NCBI GenBank assembly: GCA_029262795.1
Contig: JAJCYT010000035.1
Span: 4,202-68,201, forward strand
Direction of reading: 5' to 3'
Length of the DNA stretch: 64,000 bases
Source of the DNA: Candidatus Fraserbacteria bacterium
GTDB lineage: Bacteria > Bipolaricaulota > Bipolaricaulia > RBG-16-55-9 > JAJCYT01
Position numbers and translations under genes: made by a program. The notes below the pieces were generated by a model that was not told the origin of the DNA, did not search any database, and saw only the letters and a list, made by a program, of their open reading frames with translations. Positions 47,794 to 57,919 of this stretch are shown one piece after another (within the stretch, counting starts at the first letter, position 1; the number at the start of each line of letters is the position of its first letter).

Positions 47794-50421
47794 ATGAACG
47801 CACCTCAACAACGCCGACTCGCAGCCATCATGTTTACCGACATAGTTGGGTACAGTGCATTCACCCAACAAAATGAGGCATTGGCGTTAGAGCTGCTCAA
47901 CACGCATTTCAAGCTGCTTCGCCCTATCATCAAGAAATACAACGGTCATGAAATTAAAACCATAGGCGATGCCTTTATGGTGGCTTTTTCCAGTTCTTTG
48001 CAGGGTGTTCAGTGTGCCATTGAAATGCAGCAAATACTCTATGCACGCAACCTGACTGTGGAAGAACAAGAGCAAATCCACATCCGTATTGGCATCCATT
48101 TGGGTGATATCGAAGAGCGTGACAACGATGCCTTTGGCGACGGTGTCAATATTGCATCACGCATTGAACCCTTCGCGGAAAAAGGTGGTATTTGTATTTC
48201 GCGCCAAGTGTACGATCAAGTCCAGAACAAATTGGATGAACGGCTGGCCAGTTTGGGCAATAAGTCGCTTAAGAATATCCAAACGCCTGTTGAAGTATTT
48301 AAGGTGGTGGCCTCCTGGGAGACATTTGGGCCGACATCACGTGAATCCACATTTGCCTCTACCACAGCAAAATTTGCTGTGGTAACTGTTTCTGTATTGC
48401 TCTTTGGGATGCTGGGCTGGTTTACGTATTCGGCTTTTCAGCCTGTGGCACGATCTAATGCTTCCGATTCTGGCATACCTGGGGTACAAACGTTGGCGGT
48501 GCTTCCATTTGAAAATCTGAGTGCCGATGAAGAAAACGAATATTTTAGTGATGGCATGACCGAAGAGTTGCTTAATGTGCTTGCCAAAAATGAAAATTTG
48601 CGCGTGCCTGCGCGAACTTCCGCTTTTGCCTTTAAGGGCAGGAACGAAAACATCAAAGACATTGGTGCAGCACTTGGTGTAGACAAAATCATCGAAGGCA
48701 GTGTTCGTAAATCAGGAAACAAAATTCGTATCACCGTGCAATTGATCAATGTGGAAAATGGATTTCACCTTTGGTCAGAAACGTATGATCGCGATTTAGA
48801 AGATATTTTTAAGGTTCAGGATGAAATTGCCCAAGCCATTGCGAGTGAACTGAAAGTGAAGTTGCTTGGGCAGCTGACTGCACCCACCAACAATGTAGAA
48901 GCCTATAATTATTATCTGCAAGGCCGCCACTTCTGGAACTTGAGAACTGAAGAAGGGTTTAGAAGTGCAATTGAGTATTTCAACTTGGCCTTGAAAGAAG
49001 ATCCCAACTATGCCTTGGCACATGTGGGATTGGCAGATTCTTACAACCTCTCCGCCAGTTATGGCTATATGTTGCCTCAGGATGGCTATTCCTTGGGTAA
49101 GGCTTCAGCGGAAAAAGCTTTAGAATTAGATGAACACCTGGCAGAAGGATACACTTCTTTGGCCTTTGCAATTGAAAATTACGACAATGATTTCGAAGCT
49201 GCCGAAAAGGCTTTTTTAGAAGCCATTGAGTTTAACCCAAACTATGCAACAGCGCATCATTGGTATGCCCTGTTGCTCCGAAATTTAGGGCGTAACGAAG
49301 AAAGCATTCAACAAATTGAACGGGCTTTGGAACTAGACCCCCTTTCCCTCATTATCAATATGGCTGCCGGAACCCTTTTTGAAACAGAAGGTGATAAAAC
49401 AAGGGCAATTGGCCATTACGAAAAAGCGTTGGAACTGAACCCAATGTTTATCAATGCCCGCGCACGGCTGGCGACACTCAAACAGGAATCTGGAGATATT
49501 GCAGGTGCTGAAGCCGATTTCAGGCTGAACATTGAACAGCATTCCGAAGATGATCGGGTGTATGAAAATTTTGGTCAGTTTTTGCGTTTCTCTGGGCGAA
49601 CTGAGGAAGCCATCGAACAATTTGAAATGGCGTTGGACTTTAATCCAAATTCTCTAGGCGCCTTAGGTGGCTTGGCAGGGATTTATGAAATGTTAGGTGA
49701 TTGGGAACAAGCAAACAATTTATTTGAGCAACGAATTAAGCTTGCCCCGAATGACGCAAATGGTTATTTGGAATATGCAGGTCATTTACTAGCCAGAAAT
49801 TTAAAGAAAGAAGCGTTGGCATTGGTCAATTCCTTGTTCGAAAAATTTCCAGACCACCCCGCACAACATTTGGCCCTGGGTAGCGTTTACAATTTCACTG
49901 GTCAGTTTGATGAAGCGATTGCGTCCTTAAATGAAGCGATTGACAAACAGATTTTGCTGAAATTTGTGTACACAGAATTGGCCAAAGCCTATCTGGGAAA
50001 TTCTCTTTACGAGGCTGCTTTACAAACGCTGGATAAAGCTGACAAAATACAAGAATACGATGCCAATACCAACTTTGGTGTGGCTACAAAGGCTGTCCGA
50101 GGTCGAGTATTGGCAGAGATGGGAGATGCTGAGGAAGCCGAGAGCATTATTCAGCAAATCCAAGACTCCCCCCCCATTTGGGGCACCAGCCGCGACTGGT
50201 TTTCAGCTCAGATTTATGCCGCATTGGGTCAAATTGATAATGCCTTTTTATATTTAGAAAAGGCTTTCGAACGTCTGGGTGAAAACATGGTTAATTTGCG
50301 TGTGATACAGGTATCGCCTGCATTCGAAGTTTTACACGGGGACCCACGCTTTGATCTGCTTTTAGAGAAAATGGGATTGATAGAAAAAATTTCTCAATCA
50401 ATCAGCGTCTCAACCAATTGA
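47794..50421 (+). CDS. Class III adenylate cyclase with TM, TolB-N-like domain and TPR repeats
   Basis: FTDIVGYS, KTIGDA, RIGIHLGD, DAFGDGVNIASR; LAVLPFENLS; many TPRs. Confidence 0.93.
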   Translation: MNAPQQRRLAAIMFTDIVGYSAFTQQNEALALELLNTHFKLLRPIIKKYNGHEIKTIGDAFMVAFSSSLQGVQCAIEMQQILYARNLTVEEQEQIHIRIGIHLGDIEERDNDAFGDGVNIASRIEPFAEKGGICISRQVYDQVQNKLDERLASLGNKSLKNIQTPVEVFKVVASWETFGPTSRESTFASTTAKFAVVTVSVLLFGMLGWFTYSAFQPVARSNASDSGIPGVQTLAVLPFENLSADEENEYFSDGMTEELLNVLAKNENLRVPARTSAFAFKGRNENIKDIGAALGVDKIIEGSVRKSGNKIRITVQLINVENGFHLWSETYDRDLEDIFKVQDEIAQAIASELKVKLLGQLTAPTNNVEAYNYYLQGRHFWNLRTEEGFRSAIEYFNLALKEDPNYALAHVGLADSYNLSASYGYMLPQDGYSLGKASAEKALELDEHLAEGYTSLAFAIENYDNDFEAAEKAFLEAIEFNPNYATAHHWYALLLRNLGRNEESIQQIERALELDPLSLIINMAAGTLFETEGDKTRAIGHYEKALELNPMFINARARLATLKQESGDIAGAEADFRLNIEQHSEDDRVYENFGQFLRFSGRTEEAIEQFEMALDFNPNSLGALGGLAGIYEMLGDWEQANNLFEQRIKLAPNDANGYLEYAGHLLARNLKKEALALVNSLFEKFPDHPAQHLALGSVYNFTGQFDEAIASLNEAIDKQILLKFVYTELAKAYLGNSLYEAALQTLDKADKIQEYDANTNFGVATKAVRGRVLAEMGDAEEAESIIQQIQDSPPIWGTSRDWFSAQIYAALGQIDNAFLYLEKAFERLGENMVNLRVIQVSPAFEVLHGDPRFDLLLEKMGLIEKISQSISVSTN

Positions 50422-50789
50422 TCCACATTGGATTTTATCACTTCATAAGCCTTTTCAATATTCTCACTCACCAAGGGAACATCGTTCCAATGTGTAACCG
50501 TTTTCCCTGCGGGCACGTGAGACTCAATGTTACACTCCATCGAGACAATTAAATCTGCTTGTTGTAGATCTTTGGCAGTAAAATGCCGAGGTTGATGATT
50601 CGAAACATCCACCCCATCAATCTTTAATCGATCAACCACTGCAGGAACCACTGCATCATAAGGGTCATCCCCTGCAGTAATAGCGTTGATTTTCAGCCCA
50701 GCTTCTGTGGCAGCTTGGTTAAAATAAGCTTCTGCTAGCACACTCTTTGCGCCATTGTGTGGGCACATAAACAAGATTGTTTTTGTCAT
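50394..50789 (-). CDS. LMW phosphatase/ArsC-like protein with CX5K P-loop
   Basis: ILFMCPHNGAKSVLAE, ADLIVSM. Confidence 0.8.
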   Translation of the reverse strand: MTKTILFMCPHNGAKSVLAEAYFNQAATEAGLKINAITAGDDPYDAVVPAVVDRLKIDGVDVSNHQPRHFTAKDLQQADLIVSMECNIESHVPAGKTVTHWNDVPLVSENIEKAYEVIKSNVDQLVETLID

Positions 50790-50799
50790 GATGATCCTT

Positions 50800-52164
50800 T
50801 CAGTTTAGAAAAAGTAATGAATATATCATCCCAATCAAAGCACTGGCAAGCAGGGTCCACATCATGCTCATCTTGAAACGAATCAAGGCCACAAACGATG
50901 CAATGGCAATGAGCATTCCCATCCAATCTAGTGTTGACCAGTGGGGTACGGTGAGATGAATCCCGTTCCAAATAATGGTATCGACCTCACCAAATAGAGT
51001 ATGGACTGAAAACCAGACAGCCAAATTGAGAATTACGCCCACCACGGCTGCAGTGATGGTGGACAGGGCTGCTGTCAATTCGTGATGTCCACGCAATGCT
51101 TCAACGTATGGGGCGCCTAAAAAAATCCAAAAGAAACATGGAACAAAGGTGACCCAAACGGTCACCAATGACCCAATGATGGCGGCTGTGGTTGAGTCAA
51201 AGGGAAGGGCATTTCGATAGGCGCCCATAAAGCCAACAAATTGGACAACTTGAATCAGTGGCCCGGGCGTGGTTTCAGCCATGCCCAAGCCATCTAGCAT
51301 TTCGCCTGGCTGTAGCCAGCCAAACGTTTCAACAGCTTGTTGTGCAATAAAGGCCAACACTGCGTAAGCACCACCAAAAGTAACCACGGCGGTTTGACTA
51401 AAAAATAATCCTATTTGCACAAACACGCTGTCCCAACCTAACCACATAGCCAAGCCAATTAAGGGGCCAAACCAAAGTGACAGACTTAAAGCACTCACTT
51501 GAAATGCTCGTTTGAGTGTTGGTTGAACCGGAGAACTGATCGCATCTCTAGCATCTTCTGTATCATCATGTTTGATGACATCAAATGCCTCCGGCCAACG
51601 ATGATAGCCAATAAAACCAACCAAGGCTGAAACAATAACAATCAATGGAAAGGGAATGTCAAAAAAGAAAATGGCAACAAATGCCAGCAAAGCAATGATC
51701 ATCATCCAAGAGTTCTTGATCACGCGTTTACCAATGTTGAGCAATGCACCTACCACCACTGCCATTACTGCAGGCTTAAGGCCATAAAATAAAGCTTGAA
51801 CAAAGGTCACATTCTGAAAGCTTGCATACAAAACGCTCAATCCCAAAATAGATAAAAACCCCGGTAACACAAACAAAGAGCCTGCCACCAAGCCACCTTT
51901 GACCCGGTGCAGCAGCCAACCTAAATAGGTTGCTAATTGTTGTGCTTCTGGACCTGGCAACAACATGCAATAATTAAGGGCGTGCAAAAACCGCCCTTCG
52001 CTGATCCAACCCTTTTCCTCAACCAAGTACCGGTGCATGACCGCAATTTGGCCTGCTGGTCCACCAAAGCTGTTCACTGCAATTTTGAGCCAGACTTTAG
52101 CCGCTTCCATAAAGCTCACTTGAAGTTTGTTGTTCGGATCAAAAGGCTGAGAAGGTTGTTGCAC
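50800..52164 (-). CDS. chrA: Chromate efflux transporter
   Basis: SFGGPAGQIA, LLPGPEAQQ, TFGGAYAV, ETTPGPLI. Confidence 0.93.
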   Translation of the reverse strand: MQQPSQPFDPNNKLQVSFMEAAKVWLKIAVNSFGGPAGQIAVMHRYLVEEKGWISEGRFLHALNYCMLLPGPEAQQLATYLGWLLHRVKGGLVAGSLFVLPGFLSILGLSVLYASFQNVTFVQALFYGLKPAVMAVVVGALLNIGKRVIKNSWMMIIALLAFVAIFFFDIPFPLIVIVSALVGFIGYHRWPEAFDVIKHDDTEDARDAISSPVQPTLKRAFQVSALSLSLWFGPLIGLAMWLGWDSVFVQIGLFFSQTAVVTFGGAYAVLAFIAQQAVETFGWLQPGEMLDGLGMAETTPGPLIQVVQFVGFMGAYRNALPFDSTTAAIIGSLVTVWVTFVPCFFWIFLGAPYVEALRGHHELTAALSTITAAVVGVILNLAVWFSVHTLFGEVDTIIWNGIHLTVPHWSTLDWMGMLIAIASFVALIRFKMSMMWTLLASALIGMIYSLLFLN

Positions 52165-52166
52165 AG

Positions 52167-53111
52167 TTAGCCTTTCCCGGGTTTGGAAATGGTTTGGTAT
52201 AAACCTTCGAACAGTGCAATACCATGCTGTTCCAATTGCTGATCGGTCCAATTCAATTTTAGCCAGCCGTTGAGCAAAGCCACTATGCCGCCGGCTTCTG
52301 AATGCACGTAGCGGCCATCCTGTAAATCGATGTCGTGGACGATTTCAGCCAGTTTTGACAACCCCTTTTGCTTGAGACCAAAAGACAGAATCATGACTTC
52401 AAATGTGCATAGATTGCCCATGTGGGTGAATGTGCCAGATTCAAAATCGAAACTGATTTCATTCTTTTGAGGCTTTGTCCGGTAGTGAATGACTGCATCA
52501 GGGTCAATAAATCGGCGAATCAGCCAGGCGCTGGCCAGGCGATCCACATGTGGCCTGGGGCGTGTGACCCAGTTTTTGTCCTTAAAATCCTTGAGGTAGG
52601 TGCGTTCAATTCGAGGATCATCACCAATATCTTCGGCCAACAGTTGAGTGAGTCTATTGATGCGATGCGCCAATCGTTCCCCGTCGGGGCTATGGAAATA
52701 GTCCACCCGAAGCACAGTATCATGCTGAATCTGAAGCTTGTTCAAGATTTGTTTCAGGTCTGCCAGTGCATCTGTCTTGAGTTGAGTTTCTAACGCTGAA
52801 AGCTCTGTGTCAATTTGGGCATAGTCTTCAGCCCGAGCTTGATGAAATAACTTGATTACATCGGCCTCAGAAAGGTTTTCAAATTCAGCAACACGCATAA
52901 TCACCGCATCGCCATTGGATTGTTTAATTTCTTTTGCCAGCCACTGAAACGACTCCAAACATCCACGCTGGTCAGGCAGAACATACAAACCACTGCCTGC
53001 CATGGCAACAGCGCCAATTCGCCGCAAGCGCCGCCAAATAGCCACACGGGCGGTGGAGGCTGTTTGGCCTTTTGTTGACAATGAATAAGAAAACACTAAC
53101 CATTGATTCAT
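52167..53111 (-). CDS. chrB: Chromate resistance protein ChrB (leaderless)
   Basis: RVAIWRRL, WVTRPRPHVDRLASAWLIRRFID, CTFE, HDIDL; TTGCAT-17-TACACT-6-ATG. Confidence 0.9.
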   Translation of the reverse strand: MNQWLVFSYSLSTKGQTASTARVAIWRRLRRIGAVAMAGSGLYVLPDQRGCLESFQWLAKEIKQSNGDAVIMRVAEFENLSEADVIKLFHQARAEDYAQIDTELSALETQLKTDALADLKQILNKLQIQHDTVLRVDYFHSPDGERLAHRINRLTQLLAEDIGDDPRIERTYLKDFKDKNWVTRPRPHVDRLASAWLIRRFIDPDAVIHYRTKPQKNEISFDFESGTFTHMGNLCTFEVMILSFGLKQKGLSKLAEIVHDIDLQDGRYVHSEAGGIVALLNGWLKLNWTDQQLEQHGIALFEGLYQTISKPGKG

Positions 53112-53162
53112 TTCAATAGTGTAATAATTATTTCATATTCATGCAACAATAATTTCAATCAA

Positions 53163-53603
53163 TTAAGTGGTTTCGTGAATGGTGACCAATTCAATATCAA
53201 AAGTCAGCGTTTCGCCGGCGAGGGGATGGTTGAGGTCGAATACAATTTCATTTTCAGTCAACCCCGCAACGGTGGCAGGGATTTGTTGGCCGTCTTCCTG
53301 TGAAAGATGGAACTCTTGGCCCACTTTCACTTCCATGTCCTCCGGCAATTGGGTTTTGGGCAAAGGCAGCATCAGGTCATCGCGGCGTTCTCCATAGGCG
53401 TCTTTAGCTTCGAGGGTGACGGTTTTTTTTTCGCCCACTTCCATATCGACCACAGCCGCATCGAAACCGGCAATCATTTGTCCGGCCCCCACTTCAAACT
53501 GAAGGGGGTCACGACCATGTGAGGTATCGAATACTTCGCCATCAGCTAATGTGCCTAAATAGTGAACAGAAATAACATGACCTTGCTGAACCTTTACCAT
53601 CAT
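53163..53603 (-). CDS. FKBP-type peptidyl-prolyl isomerase (SlyD-like, no His tail)
   Basis: VHYLGTL, GQMIAGFD, AYG, DLNHPLAGETLTF. Confidence 0.92.
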   Translation of the reverse strand: MMVKVQQGHVISVHYLGTLADGEVFDTSHGRDPLQFEVGAGQMIAGFDAAVVDMEVGEKKTVTLEAKDAYGERRDDLMLPLPKTQLPEDMEVKVGQEFHLSQEDGQQIPATVAGLTENEIVFDLNHPLAGETLTFDIELVTIHETT

Positions 53604-53706
53604 GATCCCCCTGAGAGTATCTCAAAATTAATGCAGACACCCTACAAGATGGCTTTAAAAAATGCCACCAGAGAATTTAAGCGGGTTTGTAAAAGGCTAG
53701 AATGGG

Positions 53707-53994
53707 TTAGTCTGAATGATTACCAGCCATAGCAGGGTCGCTGTCTGGATAGCTATTCTTGGTAAGTTGACGGAAGCCAGTTCCATCAAAATTGATGATA
53801 CAGACTTCATCATCAATAGGTGTAGGGCTACATTCCCAAACAATTTTATCGGATAAATTGGCATTGCATGAAAAAGGGAGTAAAATAGCAGAAGCTTTGG
53901 CGGTTTCTTCAAAGTTACAACCTTGAAGAAACGCCAGCACACCAGTAGAGAAAAAGCCGATGATGGCTAACTTAAAACCCCTAAATAACCTCAT
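53707..53994 (-). CDS. Short lipoprotein with a single TolB/PD40-like repeat (possibly truncated)
   Basis: Lipobox LQGC; NFDGTGFRQLT...DSDPA. Confidence 0.55.
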   Translation of the reverse strand: MRLFRGFKLAIIGFFSTGVLAFLQGCNFEETAKASAILLPFSCNANLSDKIVWECSPTPIDDEVCIINFDGTGFRQLTKNSYPDSDPAMAGNHSD

Positions 53995-54086
53995 GAAACA
54001 CCCCTAACAAATTTTATGTCGTTATACAACGATTTGTTCTGGATATACAAATGTAATTCATGTGGCTAAGACGCTTTTTGATTTAT

Positions 54087-54782
54087 TTATGGAGTCAATG
54101 CAAAATTCATCGCAGCTTGTGCATGAAGCTGTGTGGTATCAAAAACAGGCAAATCAGTGTCATCAGGATGAATGAGTAAGCCCACCTCAGTACATCCCAA
54201 GATAACGCCATCTGACCCATTCTGTTGCAAAGAATTGATGATGTCCAAATAAGAGTGTTTGGAGGACTCTTTGATGATGCCTTGGCAAAGCTCATTATAA
54301 ATCACATCATGAACAAGCTTTCGCTCAGTTTCATCGGGAACGACCGCATGAACATTGTGTTTGTCTCGAAGCCGGCCTTTGTAAAAATTTTGTTCCATCG
54401 TGTATCTGGTAGCCAGAAGAATCGGCTTTTGGACATTTGTTTGTTTGATAACACTCGCTGTTGCATCCGCGATATGGATTACAGGTATATTGATGGAATT
54501 TTGCACAGTATCAAACATCTTGTGCATGGTGTTGGTGCAAATGAGAATACATTCAGCGCCACCTCGCTCGACACGTTTGGCAGCATCGATCATTCGATCT
54601 GTTGCAGTATCCCAGTCGTTAGCAGATTGAAGCGCTTCAATCTCAGCAAAATCAAAAGACCACATCAAAAGCTTGGCGGAGTGCAGCCCTCCCAAATGTT
54701 CGCGAGCCAGCTCATTTAATAGGCGATAATAAACGGCAGTGCTTTCCCAACTCATCCCGCCAATCAGGCCAATTGTTTTCAT
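54087..54782 (-). CDS. Aspartate/glutamate racemase family (YgeA/RacX-like)
   Basis: IGLIGGMSWEST, CTNTMH, LGCTE. Confidence 0.93.
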   Translation of the reverse strand: MKTIGLIGGMSWESTAVYYRLLNELAREHLGGLHSAKLLMWSFDFAEIEALQSANDWDTATDRMIDAAKRVERGGAECILICTNTMHKMFDTVQNSINIPVIHIADATASVIKQTNVQKPILLATRYTMEQNFYKGRLRDKHNVHAVVPDETERKLVHDVIYNELCQGIIKESSKHSYLDIINSLQQNGSDGVILGCTEVGLLIHPDDTDLPVFDTTQLHAQAAMNFALTP

Positions 54783-54791
54783 TACATCTCC

Positions 54792-55481
54792 CTAGGTTTG
54801 ACAGGATGCCTTGATGCTGTTGCTGGAGTGCTGAACAAAACTAGGCAGGCCTTCTAATAAAGCTGGGTCCATATTTTGGGCGATGGTCAACACTTCCTGA
54901 GCGCTTTCACATTGACCTTTCAACAACTCTTGATCAATCCACTTACTAAGCAGCACCAATTTGTCAGCTTCCATCATCTGCATTTGATCGCGAGGCAACC
55001 CATTTGAATCCAATGAAGCGACTGCTGTTCGATAAATACTTCGCCCCAGATCTAGTTTTCCCATTTTAAATGCAGCCCTGGCTTGAATCTTATGGAACCT
55101 CAATTTATCTGCAATTGAATGAACATACTTCAAAGCCAACCCGGCCAGATCAAAGCTGTCCTGATTGTAGCGAAAATCAAGGAGGGCTTCGGCCACCACA
55201 GAAAATTCGATGGCTTGTGTCAGACCAGGGTCTTTCCGAATTTTTTTAAGCCCTTCAAAAACGGGGTCTGGCGTATTGGTGCTCAGAATGGTTTGAATTA
55301 AACCGCCCATCTCGGATTGCCATTGTGATTTACGAGCTTCTTCTTGTTCAAGGAAATCAGGCAGCCAAATAGCAAGAAACACCCCAAGGGTACCAATTCC
55401 CATCAATAACAAGAGCTTGATCAGTGAAGGACTATCAGATTCGGACTCATGCTCTGGTTTAGGTGGGATTAAATCACTCAT
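54792..55481 (-). CDS. Membrane-anchored helical hypothetical protein
   Basis: One TM helix followed by a TPR-like helical region. Confidence 0.6.
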   Translation of the reverse strand: MSDLIPPKPEHESESDSPSLIKLLLLMGIGTLGVFLAIWLPDFLEQEEARKSQWQSEMGGLIQTILSTNTPDPVFEGLKKIRKDPGLTQAIEFSVVAEALLDFRYNQDSFDLAGLALKYVHSIADKLRFHKIQARAAFKMGKLDLGRSIYRTAVASLDSNGLPRDQMQMMEADKLVLLSKWIDQELLKGQCESAQEVLTIAQNMDPALLEGLPSFVQHSSNSIKASCQT

Positions 55482-55582
55482 TAAGTACAACTGTACTGGG
55501 CTGGTAATATAATCACAATATTTTTTTATTTCAAAAATCGTCAAAAATATTGCCTTAAAACAAGAGACTGATGAAGGCACAC

Positions 55583-57049
55583 CTAAGGTTTTTCCAACGG
55601 CTTGAGAGGGTACACCCAAGCATCCTCTACCAAGTGGTATGCTTCAACCAGGTATCTAAGGGCATCTGGCGCATGGTCGTGACGTTTAACAGGATTGGTG
55701 GTCAATTCACCAAAGGCGTTGCGCTGCCAGATGTGGAGTGGCAATTGGTTCAGCAGAGTGGTACAGGATTCGTGAATATACAACCTATTGCTTTCAGCGC
55801 CATCGAGTAATTTTGAAACTTCCATTATCCCTTGTTCAAAATCCCAGCGGCGGGGCTGGCAACGAATATTGTTTTCCACAAATTTGTTGATTTTGTCTGG
55901 AGATTCATGGCCTGCCACCAGCAAACCCAAATCAGCTTGTTGCGCTTTACGAATCCAACAGTTGTCATCGAGTTGCCCCTGTCCGTTGCGCTGTTCTATG
56001 TGAACGTGTTTTGCAGCAGTTTCAGCGATCACCCACAAGTCACCCTTCAAATCGACAATGGCTTCGAGGAGGACGCCTTGTTGAGAAAATCCCCAATCTT
56101 TACCCCCAATATGGTGAAGAATGTGCTGATTTGAGGGTAAATCTTCATCCTTCACCTTGATATTTGCTTCATGGTAATGCGGATAAATGCGATCTTCCTG
56201 TGCACCCTCGTAATTAATGTCTAATTCTTGAGCTCGCTGCCAGGGCAGCATGGAGGCTGCTTTTCGCTTATACCATTTTTGATTTCGGTCAGGTCGCAAA
56301 TCCCACATTAAAGTATGTATTTTGAAGCCAGAAGCCTCATCTTTTCTTAGCCTTGTAAAAAGGTTGTCACCGGATTTTGGAGTGGAAACATAGTGACGAG
56401 TTCGATAAGTACAGCCGGAAAGCGAAGCATGAACCAGTTCGCCCTGAGGCACGGAGGCCATTTCATCTGCAAAAACATCGACATAAGACCCAGAGCGTCC
56501 CGCATTGGTATTGGCGCTTTCGCCGATGATGAGACCATCCATGCCAGGTTCATCATTGGTGATTTTTAATTGAGCGAAAGTCATTGGCGATTTGAGCCAC
56601 TTTGGCAGTCGCTCCCAGATAAAGCGGATGCGTCCATGAATTGAATAAGGGGTGCTGTTGGCACCACCATCATCCACCAGTTGAGCTTTTCGGGAAAGGT
56701 TGAAGGCGTGGTAGCCTTCAGTAAAAAGCAGTTGGTGAAGCTCATACACCGCAAAGGTCCACGTTAGCAACATCTGGCGGGATTTATCCCAAAGGTGATC
56801 CCCTCGTGCATCGCGTATATCATACAACGTGTCTCCCAAGTAAGCCCATTGGGGGTAAAGTGCGATGAGCTCTTTGTCTGATTCAGTTTTTTGAGTGTGG
56901 CAATAGTTCGTGGCAAAATAAAATGGATCTTTGTAGCAGCGTGCAATTTCAGCGCTGTGCTTGAGTAAATCAGTGGCAATGAAAAGTGATGACATGATTT
57001 GATTCAAGAGGTTTAATCCTCTGAAAAAATTCCTTTTTTCAGAGGGCAT
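55583..57049 (-). CDS. Phage-type terminase large subunit (start 57049 or 56995)
   Basis: Walker-A-like KSRQMLLTW, GRS, Walker B VFADEMA, coupling motif VSTP, nuclease GGKDWGF and DHAPDALRY. Confidence 0.82.
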   Translation of the reverse strand: MPSEKRNFFRGLNLLNQIMSSLFIATDLLKHSAEIARCYKDPFYFATNYCHTQKTESDKELIALYPQWAYLGDTLYDIRDARGDHLWDKSRQMLLTWTFAVYELHQLLFTEGYHAFNLSRKAQLVDDGGANSTPYSIHGRIRFIWERLPKWLKSPMTFAQLKITNDEPGMDGLIIGESANTNAGRSGSYVDVFADEMASVPQGELVHASLSGCTYRTRHYVSTPKSGDNLFTRLRKDEASGFKIHTLMWDLRPDRNQKWYKRKAASMLPWQRAQELDINYEGAQEDRIYPHYHEANIKVKDEDLPSNQHILHHIGGKDWGFSQQGVLLEAIVDLKGDLWVIAETAAKHVHIEQRNGQGQLDDNCWIRKAQQADLGLLVAGHESPDKINKFVENNIRCQPRRWDFEQGIMEVSKLLDGAESNRLYIHESCTTLLNQLPLHIWQRNAFGELTTNPVKRHDHAPDALRYLVEAYHLVEDAWVYPLKPLEKP

Positions 57050-57228
57050 TCGCCTCCCATTTTCTTTTTCAGCTTGAGGTGGCAACCACACTGACCACAA
57101 AAATCCTGGCCAAGTTTGGCATACAGTTTATCAGCACCGGAAATGAAAAAGTTGTTTTTTGTTACCTCTGTGGGCTGATTCACCCACTCACAGTCAGTTT
57201 CGGCAAGTACGCAATGCGTCAGGGACAT
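57013..57228 (-). CDS. Small Cys-rich protein (CxxCGC...K...CP, DUF6171-like)
   Basis: CGQCGCHLKLKKKMGGECPL; SD aggag; start overlaps the end of the CAP gene. Confidence 0.6.
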   Translation of the reverse strand: MSLTHCVLAETDCEWVNQPTEVTKNNFFISGADKLYAKLGQDFCGQCGCHLKLKKKMGGECPLKKGIFSED

Positions 57229-57899
57229 AACACATCTCCTCTCACCCAAAGGTTGATAACTTCAAGCACTTCATCATCATCTACAAGGTTGTTTTGATTT
57301 AGATCAAGCGTGAAACATTTTTCTGTTGGCAAAGGGATAGGCTCAACGGGGTCAGGTGGATTTGGCGGCTCAATAGGGGGTAGTGGTGGCTGGTTGGCTT
57401 CGACCACATCTCCAAAATCTGTTGTCCAATACCAGCCAAAATCAGTTTTGGTGCCAAAAGTACGAGCAATGCCAATGGCGCGGACGCGACAGGCGAGCAT
57501 ATTTTTGTTGTGCCCGTCCGATTCACGCCAGGCGTCGAACGCTTGTTGTGCTGTGAACATGCCCGCTGCGATGTTTTCCGACAAAAAGCGCCAGCCGCGA
57601 TAGCCAGCCTCGCTGACTCTTTCAGCCACTCCCGATTCACCTGGGCAAACGTGGGCAAAGCAGTTTTGGGCAATCATCACATCGTTATGATCGGTGGCTG
57701 CCTGAGTTAGTGAGGTCGATACAGAAAGGGTTTGGTTGCCCATTGGCCACTCAAACCAACCATTGTTCCAGCAGAAATCAGCTAGGTTGCGATAGTTGTT
57801 GATCAATTGAAGGAATTTAGGGGTTTCATCCTCCTGAGCCTGGGAAGGCCAAGCAAGAAAAAGCAGTAAAAGCATTGCCAATAGCAGCCATTTTTTCAT
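57219..57899 (-). CDS. Secreted CAP/SCP domain protein with Pro linker and dockerin/EF-hand-like tail
   Basis: LINNYR, FAH, SENIAAG, WRESDGHNKNML, YWTTDFG; DLNQNNLVDDDEVLEVINLWV. Confidence 0.88.
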   Translation of the reverse strand: MKKWLLLAMLLLLFLAWPSQAQEDETPKFLQLINNYRNLADFCWNNGWFEWPMGNQTLSVSTSLTQAATDHNDVMIAQNCFAHVCPGESGVAERVSEAGYRGWRFLSENIAAGMFTAQQAFDAWRESDGHNKNMLACRVRAIGIARTFGTKTDFGWYWTTDFGDVVEANQPPLPPIEPPNPPDPVEPIPLPTEKCFTLDLNQNNLVDDDEVLEVINLWVRGDVLCP

Positions 57900-57919
57900 T
57901 GAGTTTGCTCCGATCATCG

